A DNA stretch of 63,130 bases, the filler included, from Klebsormidium nitens (lineage: Eukaryota; Plantae; Klebsormidiophyceae), in assembly GCA_000708835.1 (NCBI GenBank). It is 7 parts of 7 records of this genome, joined end to end, with 100 filler letters (N's around TTAATTAATTAA, not from the genome) between each part and the next. Parts side by side here need not be neighbours in the genome. Positions count along the whole stretch, not along the records: positions 29,181 to 42,272 come from DF237466.1; positions 42,373 to 50,022 come from DF238314.1; 5 more parts are not named here. One strand, given 5' to 3'. Of this stretch, positions 32,801 through 45,270 are shown piece by piece. Within the stretch, counting starts at the first letter, position 1; every line of letters begins with the position of its first letter. The notes under the pieces were generated by a model. The model had not been told where the DNA came from. It saw only the letters and a program-made list of their open reading frames with translations, and made no database searches. Position numbers and translations under genes: made by a program.

Positions 32801-35800
32801 CATTGCGGACTAACAGTATTAGTTGTCTGTTCTTGCAGGGGAAGAGGCGGAGCCGCTTATTCACAACATTGAGATTGCCAACAAGGCCGTCATTAACATG
32901 GTGAGGGCCCACTCGCAACTCGACCGCTAGGCGTGTTGCCAAGATCTTCTTAAGACAAATTCAAGGCTTGGCCGTGAGCAACTAACCCCTGAGTTACTCG
33001 TCGCTTACAACGTATGCACCGAACTTTGCGGACGTCCATCGACGCACCCACGTCAACGCACCTGTTTGCGCTCTCCAGCCATTTGCAGATCATCGGCGTC
33101 GTCACGAATTGAGAGTCAATCTTCCGCCAGTTCGGCCGGCACGTCTTGCGCAACACTGCGTTCATATGAGCAATTCGTCTTCGCAGTACAGAGTATGATA
33201 CCTCTTACTACCGCTTCCAGTCGAGGGTCGGCCCGCAACCTGCTTCTTCCGACATTCAACCAACCTCATAACGTCTGGGAAAGCAAAGCAGTAAAACGTA
33301 TTTAGATTGACACCACCATCTCTTGCAGATTCTGCACGTGGTCTGGCTTACGCCTATTGGTGTCAGCTCCCTGGTAGCGGGCTCCATCCTGCGCGCCTGC
33401 GACCTGGTGCTGCTGCTTAAGAGCCTGGCCCTCTACGTCATCACCATCCTGACCGGCTTCGGGCTTCATTGTTTCGTTGTTCTGCCCGCATTATTGTACC
33501 TGTATACCCGGAAGGACCCGTTCAAAGCGGCACGGTAGGTCAACCCCAGCTTGAATTGCTGCCGTGTTTTCTTTGGAAAATGACTTGGAAGTTGTGACCA
33601 TAATGTCCGGCTTTGGACTTCATTGCTGCGTCGTTCTGCCTGCGCTTCTCTACCGGTATTCCCGGAAGGACCCGCTTAAAGCGGCAAGGTTGGTCTGCTT
33701 TAACCCTTTCCTCAATTGCCGCCAAGTGGCCAATGAGTTACTTGGACGTCATGATCATTCTGATTGGCTTTGCGCTCCATTGCTTAATCGTCCTGCCCGC
33801 GCGTCTCCCTTGCATTTTCGGAAGGACTCATTTAAAGCGGCACGGTCGTTTTCGCTGCCCTCCTTGCGGTTCTCTTCGGGAAGAGGCTGACAAGCGCACG
33901 GGCGCTGGTTTTACGCGCACCCTTTTGGCTCCATCCTTGATTGTCTTGAAGGCCTTAGTTCGTTTTGCCCGTGTAATGTAGGGATTTCCAATTCGGCTGA
34001 CGCACTCGTATGCTCTTTCTGTGAAAGTTAACCTACTCGAAAGATAGCCCGTACTCAGAAGGGAAGGGGAAGCGTTATGAGTCCGTTCCTAAAGTGTGCT
34101 TTGCCGGCTGCGTATCCACCGCACTTGACGGTTGTGGAGAAGTCCCCTGCAACGGCCGAGCGTGAATTGATCTGCGCTCTTATCTCCGCCAACCTGGTGT
34201 CAAACCGTTTGTGGATTTTGGCGGTCGTTTCTTTCACCTTAGCAGCGGGCTTCAGCACGGCCTTAACCAAGCCCTTGAACCCGAAGGCTGCAATCCTCAA
34301 AATTTAAAATAGTGACTTCTTCCGCTCCTCTGCAGGTCTTCTTCCATGCGTTCGCCGTGAATTACGGCGCGCCTTTAAGCGAGCCCTTGAGTCTGACAGC
34401 TGTAATCACAGAATCCCGAGACCCTGTAGAGCGAAGTCTTTCAGGGGTTCGCAGTTCGCTGTTTCCGGTGTTCGCCCGGAGGGCTTCGATAGCAATCTTA
34501 TCTCCCACCGCTTCTACAGTCCCAGAATCCTTAATGCTCTCAATCCTGAAACCCCAAGATTCTGACGACTCAACTCTCAAGCTTTGAAAACCCTTAGTAT
34601 AGCTTCTGCTATTCTACAGGCCGTAATTCGCCGTGGGCTTCGGCACGGCCCCAATCTGATTGTTGCATCCAACCGCCACATACCCAGAATGTTGAAACCC
34701 TTGTGCTTGAAAGATGCTCGACTTCATAAACGACATCTCCTGCTACTCTGCAGGTCGTTCTTCCCCGCGTTCGCCATGGGCTTCGGCACGGCCTCGAGCG
34801 CGGCCACGATGCCCGTCACCATGCAGTGCGCGGTGGACCACGGCTGCCGCGAGTCCGTTGTCAACTTTGTCATCCCCCTCGGAACCAGCGTCAACAGGTG
34901 CGGGACCGCAAAACCCGAGCAGTTTCAAAGATTCTATGATATCCAATCTTTTTGTTGGGGCTCTTCTTGTCGTGAAGTGCTGCTTGTTGGAGACGCGAAT
35001 TGGTGTTGTCTTCGTGAGGCAGAGTTGCTTAAGTTTTCTCCTCAAAGAGGGGATTCGATCGCGTCTGGAGCAGGCTTGAGTCCATTGAAAGTGCTCTGTC
35101 AGCGAGACTAATGTTTGAGCCACAATACTCTATTTTGCAGAGATGGAGCAGCACTGTACGAAGCGGCGTCGGTCCTCTTCATAGCTCAGGTGCGTGCTGT
35201 CTTCCCTAAGCCGCCAGCTTGCACCCATATTTTTCAGAGGTTTCCCTGCAAGAATGCGTGGAAAGATCGAGTGAGCTTTAAGTTCTGGATGGTTGCGTTT
35301 CTGTTGCACAAATCACCAGGATTGAAAGCTGACTAAGATTGCTTGCGCGCAGCATGACCTTTATTGCAGCCCAAACTTCCTGCTTCGCTGGTTCCCGTCG
35401 TGCTTGAGATTCCAGAGCCTCTCTTGCTGGCCACGGGCTAGACCCCTCAGCAGGCAGGATTGACAGGCACTTTCTGGACGTTGTGTTGATACGAATTTCC
35501 AGACAAAACCTTTGGCCGCCTTCTCTGCGCGAGCAGCGTGGTCTTCCTCTGTTCTTCTTTTGATGGTCTTTTGTGTGCGACACTTTTGCAGGCCCACGGG
35601 ATGAATCTTTCCGCGGGCAGCGTTGTCCTTATCGCGATCACCAGCACCCTGGCAGCGGTCGGGGCGGCGTCGGTGCCAATGTCTGCGCTCGTGACCATGA
35701 TTACGGTTCTCCAGGTAAGAGGCGCAAGATTCCCTCATGAATTCAAGGGCTTGAACATGGGCTTTACTGTTTGTCAAGACTCGTTCTGTGACTACTCAGA

Positions 35801-36558
35801 GAAGGGAAACAAACTCCAAAAGTGCCATTTTTAAACCACCAAATCATGTGTTGAGCTCGAAGTAGAAATGCGAAACGGGAATGGAAGTTTGCTCAGGTTG
35901 GAAGGCGTCGACACGGTTGCGCTGTGTGCGTCGGTGACCATGACTACGGTCATCAAGGCAAGAGCGCAGGACTTGTGGTGTTCGGATATAGGACACGAGT
36001 TCGCTTTTCAGAACTTTCAAAGCTTTCCCTTCGAGCACAGTCAAAAAGAACTAGGTCCTCCTTCATGACACGCTGCATACGCATGCTTCCATTATAAAAA
36101 TAGCAACGAACATTATTGAGGTCAAACATAACCACCAATTGCTTTCGGGATTCGACTCCAAGTCAGAGTGGGCAGGCCGCAGAAAGATCGAACTTGAAAC
36201 TAGTGTCAGTAACTATCCAAGTTTCTCATCCGCTGCTAAGAGCCCATGCACGGTGACCGTGCAGGCTGTGAGCCTGGAGCAGTTCGTGGGCGACGTGTCC
36301 ATTCTCCTGGCCGTTGATTGGTGCCTAGGCATGTTTCGGACGGTCACCAATATCTGGGGCGATAGCGTGGCCGCCCTCTGCGTTGACCACCTTTCGAGGC
36401 AGCATGAAGCTACTGAACATAAGAGAAGGGCGTCCAAAGCAGACGGGATGCCGGAAGAGGAGATAGGGCTAGTGGGTCAGGATTGGGCACCTGAAGGGAT
36501 TGCAAGTCAGAGCGTGTTTCCGCGTCCGCTGTCGCCGATCAGGTGTCTTACAAGGTAG
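29894..36558 (+). CDS. SLC1 / DAACS dicarboxylate-amino acid:cation symporter, multi-exon
   Basis: Exons: ~29894-30110 (LLYWTLLGVAFG), 30522-30627 (YPGELLMRALRELVLPL), ~31160-31335, ~31855-32006 (DLVPTNIVQA..NFLGVI), ~32839-32900, 33329-33534 (VVWLTPIGV), ~34755-34897 (FGTASSAATMP..PLGTSVN), 35141-35189 (RDGAALYEA), 35591-35714, ~36266-36558 (AVDWCLGMFRTVTNIWGD). The start and some exon boundaries are approximate. Confidence 0.9.
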
Positions 36559-38149
36559 AAGAAGCGTTAAGGGCGTTGAAAGCTTGACACGTATTGTCGG
36601 AAGAGTTTTTTCAAAACGAACACTGTATATGTAGATAGGACTTGTGTTGTTGCTGCTTTTGTATTGCCGACTTGCGGCAAAATGGGCTATTGTAACAACA
36701 TTCGTAGGCTAAGTGACTCTATTAAAGGTGCAACCCGGTACCTCTGAAATGGCCTTGAAAAGCCTACACAGTCACGCACGCAATTCGCAATGTACCATGC
36801 CGAGGTTTAAGGATTTGCCAGATAGCATCAACCCTACAGCAGCCATGTCAGCATGGTATTTGTGGTTTTCAAAGCGTGCAGGCAAAATTTTATCGGGTGT
36901 TATCTATTACGCTTGGACTGGCGGATCCCACGAAGTGCAGCTGCAATAATTTCAGCGCGCCCCACTGGTCTGCGTGCGTCGCATCAGTAGATAATACATG
37001 GCATGACTGCCCTACTATTGGAATGGCCGCTTAGCTAGACGGCAAGCACGGCTAGCTGACGAAGGACCGTCCGCGGCCGTTGCATGCATGCTGCAACTTA
37101 TCGTGCATCACGCAATTCGACACGAGTGCACCTCATTATCTAATCAGGTTGACGTATGTCCGCACAAAGACGTAGGCTTCTTCGCTTTTTGGTACGTGAG
37201 CTAGCGCAGAGCATGGGGTCCTGACCCACAACGCGGGAAATCATCTGCCCATGTGACGTGTCCTGTTGTAGCATATTGAACTTAGCTACTGAAACCTCAA
37301 CGCTAGCAACTGGACGTAAAGGGTGCTTTCAACTTGACGTAAAGGGTGTAAGAACGTGGGCGGCCGCCTTCGCTAACTAAACATGGCCGCCTGCCTGCGC
37401 TCAAAGAGTCTGGTCATCTGGCACCCGCCAGTACGACAAGGTTCGGCCGAAGTTTCTAAATGGGCACATGTGATCGTATGCGATCGTTTTCGTCCGTAGG
37501 ATGATTGGTAGGTCAAGTCAACCGTCCATTTGCGACGCCGGGGCCCTGAGACGCCCGCGCATGAATTTGCAATTGTTCGGAAGAAGGCCAGCGTCGACGA
37601 GCATGACGCAAATGCTGTGCAGTTCAGGTGACCTACCTACTTCTAAGCCCAAGCACACTTTACGCCGCGGCCCCAGCTCTGACACTTTCACAGTTGTACC
37701 TTCAAAGTACGTTCGGTGAAGTGCATCCTTTGCGCGCCTTAAGTCCGTCGGATGACCCACCAACCGTTCTTGAACCGTCGGATACCCGAATTGCAACATC
37801 AGGTACCTGGAAGTCATCAAGTCGACTACGTACACTACTAGACTTTCATGAAGTAGGTAGGGCTCAGGAGTGAGGGCTTCCGGATCCTTGCCCTAGACAT
37901 TTTTGCGGAATGGCATCACGGAAATCTCAGGCTCATCAACGCGGCCTCCTACAAATTGGGCCGCCTCCTGCAGCTAGTCACCCTCAACAGCAACAAGGGG
38001 GCACCGTCAGAATCATTGAATCGCAGAATGCTGTATGCAGGTATACGAACCAGAAAGGGTGGACTCCAGCTTTGCGGCATTGTGCTCAGATATGCTCTAG
38101 CTGTTTCTCGCTTCGCTTTAGCCCGCGGATGGCAACGCTCAGTTAGTCT

Positions 38150-38760
38150 GCCTGGGATTATTGGTTAATTGGAGAGTGTCTGGATGTCTCCGGTCAGCAT
38201 GAAGAGCCCTGTTGTTGAGGAGTCAACGTGAGCATAGCCTGCAGAATGGAAGCATCTTTCAGTCTAGCGATGGAGGTTCTTTCGGCTTACAGGCTGCTAT
38301 GGCAGTCACCCTGCATTTTGCTTAGGCAATGCATGAGAGCAGCTAGACTGAGGAGCTCTTACAGCTCAGTCAGAGCTCAGAGCTCAAGCTCTTGCAGGTC
38401 CCAGCTCGTGGTAGATAAGCATTCCTGCAGCATTTGTCAAACCAATTCGTTTAGGAAGTGGCAGCATTTCAGAAGAAAGACAGGAGAGCAAGAGAAGGCT
38501 CTGCGCTGCTGGCCGCATCACTCTCTGCCACAGCTCGTTGACAAGGGAAGCAACCACAAACAACGGTCATTGCTAGCACAAGCAGAGTTGCCGTCTTTTC
38601 CTCCCTGCATCAACTTCAGCATTGCTGTCAACCTGGTCGCAGCATTCAAGTCAGAGCTCAGGTTGTTGGTTCCTGGCTTCATAGAAGCCAACAAATCCCG
38701 CTGTATTTTGCGAAGCATTTTGGAGCAGGAACAAAGCACGCAGCGGCTAACAGAGCCGCA
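38150..38760 (-). pseudogene. Possible highly degraded LINE ORF2 fragment
   Basis: The minus-strand peptide TNWFDKCCRNA resembles PTWFDADCRTA of the LINE at ~43770. Many stops; weak support. Confidence 0.3.
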
Positions 38761-41700
38761 ATGGCTCGAGCTATGAGATTGGTCCTGGGACTGCTTCTGG
38801 TGACAGCTCTGACGAGCTCAGGTAAGCATTGCTATTGCTGGCTTGAGTATGTCTCCTTGGTGTCTGCATGCATGCAATTAGGACCATTATGATCCCTTGA
38901 CTCTTGCTCGGACTCTAGTTCAAGCTCTTCAAGCAGCTGTGCATCTCAAGTTTCCCCAGTTCATCTAGCTACTTGTGCACCTCATAAATGCTAAAAAAGT
39001 GATTTCCTGCTCTTTGCAGTGAGCGCTCGGAGGATGCCTCTAAGTGGCCCGAAGCCCTTGGTGAAGCGATCAATGCTGGGTAAGTCCACCAAAGTCCACC
39101 ACCAAAGTCATAGCTGACTGGATGACTTTCCGCAAGAATGTTTGGGATGGAGACCAAGAGGTGTGTCCGAAGCTTGTCAATGCAGAGGAAAGAGCTATGT
39201 CAAAGAAACGCGCTTGAAGTGGTGTTTGTAGCATGGCTAGTCTAAGTTACAGTAGATTTCCGCTTGCGTTATACCTTCAAGAGAATCTTTGAAAGGGTCA
39301 AGAAGACAAAAGCAGGTGATTGAGACTTCTGCATGTTTTGGTGGCAGATGACCCTGCTGCCGCTGACGCTCCCTATGCCGCAACCACCTGGTGCGCCACC
39401 TTGGACTGCCTCGTGACAGCCATGACCGCAGCACAGGTAAGAAGATGCATGTCTCGCAATTCGCTCAACAGATTCCGACTGAGAACGGATCCAGTGTTGT
39501 TGTCTCTTCCTCTTGCGGTCCTGCTCGTTAGCGAGTCAGTTCTTTGACTTTGGCATGCACATGGCCAGGAACAGAGTAGCTACGTAGGAACAGAGCTCAT
39601 TTTACTATAACAGGAATAGATGGTCTTTGAAGAGTGAAGTCTTTGATTATCATCTCTTCCCTCCAGGCGCGGTGACCATGTTCAACCAGCCCCTGATACA
39701 AACCCTTAACTTTCTTGTTCGATCGACGAGCTCGGATGGAGACATCTGCATTGCCAGCTGCGTCAAAAGCACGAGCTCGGCTACCAAAGTTGACCCCAGA
39801 ACAGCCACCTGAACCCAGCCTTAACCTCAACCTCCTTCTGCAGGGCCAAAACAACAGCATGATCGTGGTTACTGACAACATCGACCTGAACGGCCAGCCC
39901 CTCCCCGCCGTTGTTAACAAGCTGGAGGTTATGGGGAACTGCCCTGACGGCTGCTGCTGGATCGACGCGCACGACCAGAGCCAGATCTTTGTGGTGTCTA
40001 GCACGGGCCTGTTCACATCGCACATGCTGGATATGCGCCACGGAAAGGCTGCTGGCTGCGGAGGAGCCGTCTGGGTGTCCCAGGGGGGGCGCGCCGGCTT
40101 CTTCGGCTCCAAGTTCAAGAACAACACCGCAGCTGTAAGTGGCTTGATGAAATCTCTTGATCAATCTTCGTACTGAATATGAAACTGCAAATCAACGAGC
40201 TAAATCATGCTTCGAGCTTTCATCTGAGGTGTCAGCTAAGACCTTTGAAGCTCACAGGATGAGCTCCACATTAAATTTGCAGGCCTCTTCGACGTACCCC
40301 TCTCCACTTAGGGCCAAATTGAGTGCTTCAGCCACAGCTGTTCAGCTGAACCATGAATTCTAAGCATGAAATAGCTGCAACTGAGATAGCTAGCTTCAGC
40401 GCTGCAACTATTCATAGAAAAGATTCTCGGAATTAGAAGATTGAGTCCTTTGTACGCGGCAAAACTCTGTATACCCAGCCAGAACGATCCAACTCTTTAT
40501 GTCGCAAACAAGAACTGTGAATGAACCAGCTCTGCTAAAACTGATTGCCGAGACTGAAGAGCATGTCCACCGTGCTGCAGATGGGAGCCGCCGTCTGCTT
40601 CGACAAGGGCGCCAGGGGCTTCTTCAAGCAGGGCAGCTTCAAGGACAATGTGGCTTCCGTTTCCGGCGGAGCCGTGTTTGAGGACCAGAACGTGTGCGTA
40701 ACTTATGTTGAGACCAACTTCGCGAGCAACAAGGCCGCCAACGGAGGCGCCATCGCGGTCAGCAGCGACAGCTCCGCTGACGTTCAGTACAGTCTCTTCA
40801 CCGCCAACTCCGCGACGGTGAGTCCCTCGAGCCTTTCGTAACGCTCTAGAGCATCTTATCCGATATTTTCCTGGCGTCTGCACTTCATTAGTTCTTCTTT
40901 ACAGCACGACTTTGCCCGGGTCCTGTCCGCTGTCTCGCTCGAGCACTGCAGGTTCCTCTACAAAGCACGTTAGCGCAGAGTCGAAAAAGCTAAAAGCACA
41001 GGTACTTCGCCCGCCGGATGGCAGCAGAAGTGCTCACATGTGCCAACATCTTTTCCGTCTGCAGACCCGGGGAGGAGCTATCGACGCCGCTACAGGGTCC
41101 ACCATTAGCGTCACCAACACGCAGTTCACCGGTTCCAACGCTCCCGTGAGTACCTGTGAATCTGCAAACCTTTCTTCATTAATAAAGTCGACTTCTTTGT
41201 TGATGAAGAAAGCATTTGAACTCGCACCCTGACGTTCAGCATGATCGAAAGCAATTGATCCGGCAACCTCACGTTCAGCATGATCGAAGTGTTGATTAGC
41301 AGTGCTTTCGAGTTCTCCCGTCACAAGATCATTATCCTTCTCTTCCTCCTGCTTATTTCTACTTGTCTTCTTGGGAGGACGCCTCAGCTGCTACCTGTGC
41401 ACATGCTCGGAAGCTGGTGCAAAGCCGTATCTTTTTCCTCAGCTGCTTTGAGCGAAGCCTCATCTTTCCTTTCTGATCAAAGCTTGATCAACTGCAACTC
41501 GTGATGTGCAGAACGGAGCTGATGCTAGCCTGGCCACTGGGGTCGCCAACTCCTTCATCAAGAACACGTACTCTGCTCCCGGATCCGTTGTCAACGGCAA
41601 CATCTGCACCACTGGCGGCGGTGAGCCTTCTTTTAAAATCACCAAGTTGGGGTGCCAAGCTAAGTCCTGAGTTGAGCGAATGCAAGCGAGTGCGAGGATG

Positions 41701-42272
41701 TTCGTATATAAAAAAAAGGTGGTCGAACAATAATTGTCTGCGTTTTAGAGTTATCAATTGACACGGTGTCAGTTTTTGAGGTCGGATCGTCTCAAGCTTA
41801 GATTCATTTCTCAGTTCGCCGCCTTTACATCCGTATCCACGCGTATTATATCGGTTCTCACGCGCCCCGTTCCCGCTCTCCGCAGGTGCTTGCACGGTTC
41901 AGGCCCCCCTCTGCAGCTGGATCCCCAACGACTGCCAGATGCCCCTGATGCCCTTCCCGGTGCCGTCTCCCTCCCCCTCCCCCCAGCCATCCCCGTCCGC
42001 CTCTCCAATCCCCTCTCCTTCCGCTTCCCCTATCCCCTCCCCTTCAAGCTCCCCCACCCCCCCCTCTCCCTCACCTTCCAGCTCTCCCGTTCCCCCTCCC
42101 CCTCTCCTTCCACGCTCTCCAATCCCCCCTCTCCGTCGCCGTCAAGCTCTCCCGTCCCCCCTCCCCCTCCTCCTTCCAGCTCCCCACTCCCCCCTCTCCT
42201 TCTCCTTCTAGCTCCCCCTGCCTTCTCCTTCCGCCTCCCCGTCCCTCCCTTCCAGCTCTCCATCCCCTTCCC
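38761..42272 (+). CDS. Secreted right-handed beta-helix (GGA[IV]/FxxN repeat) protein with Ser-Pro extensin-like tail, multi-exon, 3'-truncated by contig end
   Basis: Signal peptide MARAMRLVLGLLLVTALTSS followed by a gtaagc donor. Exons with GGAVWV..FKNNTA, GGAVFE..FASNKAANGGAI..FTANSA and GGAIDA..FTGSNA. Final exon CTVQAPLCSW..CQMP followed by (SP)n. Confidence 0.8.
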
Positions 42273-42372
42273 NNNNNNNNNNNNNNNNNNNNNNNNNNNN
42301 NNNNNNNNNNNNNNNNTTAATTAATTAANNNNNNNNNNNNNNNNNNNNNNNNNNNNNNNNNNNNNNNNNNNN

Positions 42373-45270
42373 AAAACCATATGTGTGTAAAGTTTCCAGG
42401 TCTTGGGCCAGCGGGCAAGGATCTTTTTCTTTGCCTAGTCTATCTCCCTCCAGGGCAGTCTTCGTGGTACCATCAAGCTGGAACTTCAGTAGAGGAGACG
42501 TTTGACCAGCTTAGGGAAGAAGTAGGAGAAGCTCTGCAATGTGGAGAAGTCGTGCTTGCAGGAGATTTCAATGCTAGAACGGGGTCTCTTCCTGATTGGT
42601 TGGATTCGGGAGACATTCATGTCCTTGCTCAGACACCAGATGCGGAGTGCCCTAATGAGGTAGAGTGCACAACTCCTAGGATGTCTCAAGATAAAGTGGT
42701 CAATGCGACGGGGCGAGTCCTTCTTGAGTTCTGCAGAACAACAGATTGTAGAATTTTGAACGGGAGAGCGAGAGGAGATAAAGAAGGCAGGGCCACTTGC
42801 TTTTCTGCAAGCGGCGGAAGCAGTCTGGTAGACGTTTTTCTTTGCCCAGCTTCTTTTGTCAAGCATGTAGACATGCTGAGCGTCTCCGAGGAAGTGCCCG
42901 AGTCTGATCATCGACTCGTGATGCTGAGCACTGATCNNNNNNNNNNNNNNNNNNNNNNNNNNNNNNNNNNNNNNNNNNNNNNNNNNNNNNNNNNNNNNNN
43001 NNNNNNNNNNNNNNNNNNNNNNNNNNNNNNNNNNNNNNNNNNNNNNNNNNNNNNNNNNNNNNNNNNNNNNNNNNNNNNNNNNNNNNNNNNNNNNNNNNNN
43101 NNNNNNNNNNNNNNNNNNNNNNNNNNNNNNNNNNNNNNNNNNNNNNNNNNNNNNNNNNNNNNNNNNNNNNNNNNNNNNNNNNNNNNNNNNNNNNNNNNNN
43201 NNNNNNNNNNNNNNNNNNNNNNNNNNNNNNNNNNNNNNNNNNNNNNNNNNNNNNNNNNNNNNNNNNNNNNNNNNNNNNNNNNNNNNNNNNNNNNNNNNNN
43301 NNNNNNNNNNNNNNNNNNNNNNNNNNNNNNNNNNNNNNNNNNNNNNNNNNNNNNNNNNNNNNNNNNNNNNNNNNNNNNNNNNNNNNNNNNNNNNNNNNNN
43401 NNNNNNNNNNNNNNNNNNNNNNNNNNNNNNNNNNNNNNNNNNNNNNNNNNNNNNNACCATGCCGCTAGGGAGCCAAAACTATGAGTGCCGGAATTGGCCC
43501 TACCTGATCCTGCGAACGCCCGAGTGATCAGGGGGCAGGCTATGCTGAAGAGGCAACGGCGAAGCGAACACTGCCAAGAGTCCTTGAGGGAGGTATCCCT
43601 CGTTTCCAGGAGTTGTTGGCATCGTCGGCAAAGCTGCACGCTTTGGCGGAAAGCTCAGCGGCAATGAGTCCTTCGCAAGCAACTGTAATGTCAGAAGAAG
43701 CAATAGAAGTTGCTGCAATTGGGGCGTTTCCAACGCCACAATCTCGAGGAAACTTTGTGACAAGCTGTAGTCCGACCTGGTTTGATGCCGATTGTCGGAC
43801 GGCCCGTAGGAAGTTCTTAGAGGCTTTGAAAGCAGGCGGTCCTTCGCATCTAAGCAGTCAACTGAAGAAGGAGTATCGAAAGGTTGTGCGAAGGACTAAG
43901 CGAGCTTTTAGCAAGTACCGCGCAGCCAGATTGGAAGATCAGATCCTAAACAGTACGGGTCGGTTTTGGAAGCAATTCCGAAAGAAAAGGCAAGGACTAG
44001 GTCTTGTGCATAAGGAAGGTCTAGTCAAGCATTGTCAAAATTTGTATGAGCAGTCGAAGGTAGAGGAGGTCCCTCTCCCAGGTGCAACGCGTGCCTCGGA
44101 AAGTCACTGGCGAAGGATCTCGGCAAGCGAAAGAAAGGAGCGAAGTGCTGGAGGCTCGGATCAGGGAGAGCGAAGTTGAAGCAGCTTTGAAGTGCCTCAA
44201 AAACGGAAGAAGTGCTGATCTGAAAGGCTTTACGGCTGAACTGCTGAAGGCAGGGCAAAAGCAGCTTGTGGCGGGCCTAACCTTAGTCTTTAACCGGGTT
44301 TTCGAAGAAGGCGTGTTTCCGGAGGATTGGAACGAGGGTGTGCTCGTTGCCATTTTCAAGAAAAGAGACCCGTCAGATTATGGCAATTACAGGACGGTGA
44401 CAGTGGGGCCGGTGCTGGGCAAGTTGTTTGCAACTGTCATCAACCGTTCGAAGCCAAATCGTTCGAACGATGTCATCAGCCTTCGAAGATCCATCGAGCA
44501 TTTCTGCGGGGTCTTCTGAGACTTCGGAAATCGACGCTGTCAAAGGCGGTTCTGGGAGAGTTCGGTCGGTTTCCCTTGCTCCTTGATCGCTGGGCGCAAG
44601 TCTTCAAATTCGTGAACCGGATAGCGAGCCTCCCCCAGGATCGGCTGGCCCGTTTGGCACTTGAAGAGTCGAGGGAAATGTGGGCAGCGAACAAGGGCGG
44701 GTGGTACGCAAGGATCATAGAAAAAGCTTGCGAACTCGTGTCAGCAAACGAAATAGTAAGGGTGTTCTAGACCTAGCTTTGCTTCGGGAAAGGTCTGAGA
44801 TGGCATATATGCAGGATCTGAGGGAGGGGTATGGCCGAAAATTCTGCACGTACTTCGGTAAAGTCAAGATTGGCTACTCCTTCGAGCCCTTCATAGATCA
44901 AATAGGCGTCTCCGCGTGCTTTGCCACCCTAGCCAGATTTAGAGTAGGAGCACACAAGCTCGCTGTTGAAACAGGGAGTTGGCAAGGGATTGCTCGCGAT
45001 GAGCGATATTGCCAGATCTGTAAGTCAGGAGCAATAGAGACGGAGGATCATTTTGTATATGATTGCTCGGGTTATAGTGAAATTCGAAGGACCTTTCAGT
45101 TCCTATTCGAGGGCAGAGGAGATAGAGACTTGAAAGCTTTTCTTAATTTGCAGGACACATATGCGGTAGGTAGATTCGTACATCTTGCTTTAGATAAGCG
45201 AGCTACCGTAATAGGACAATCGTCGACTTAGCCGATCACGGCTCCGAACCGACGCTAATCAAACAATAAC
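42373..45270 (+). mobile_element. Non-LTR retrotransposon (LINE) ORF2: APE endonuclease, RT with large internal deletion, C-terminal CCHC
   Basis: GDFNARTG, NG...GSSLVD, SDH (APE); WFDADC, WNEGVLVAIFKK.D..DYGNYRTVTV (RT start) joined at ~44460 directly to post-RT HRAFLRGLLRLRKST..LGEFG; CQIC...ETEDHFVYDC; short aataac-rich tail near 45262. Confidence 0.9.

Noticed and set aside
36900-37900. GC-rich intergenic stretch with short repeats (cgtaaagggtg x2) and small ORFs
   Set aside because: No consistent coding or structural signal.
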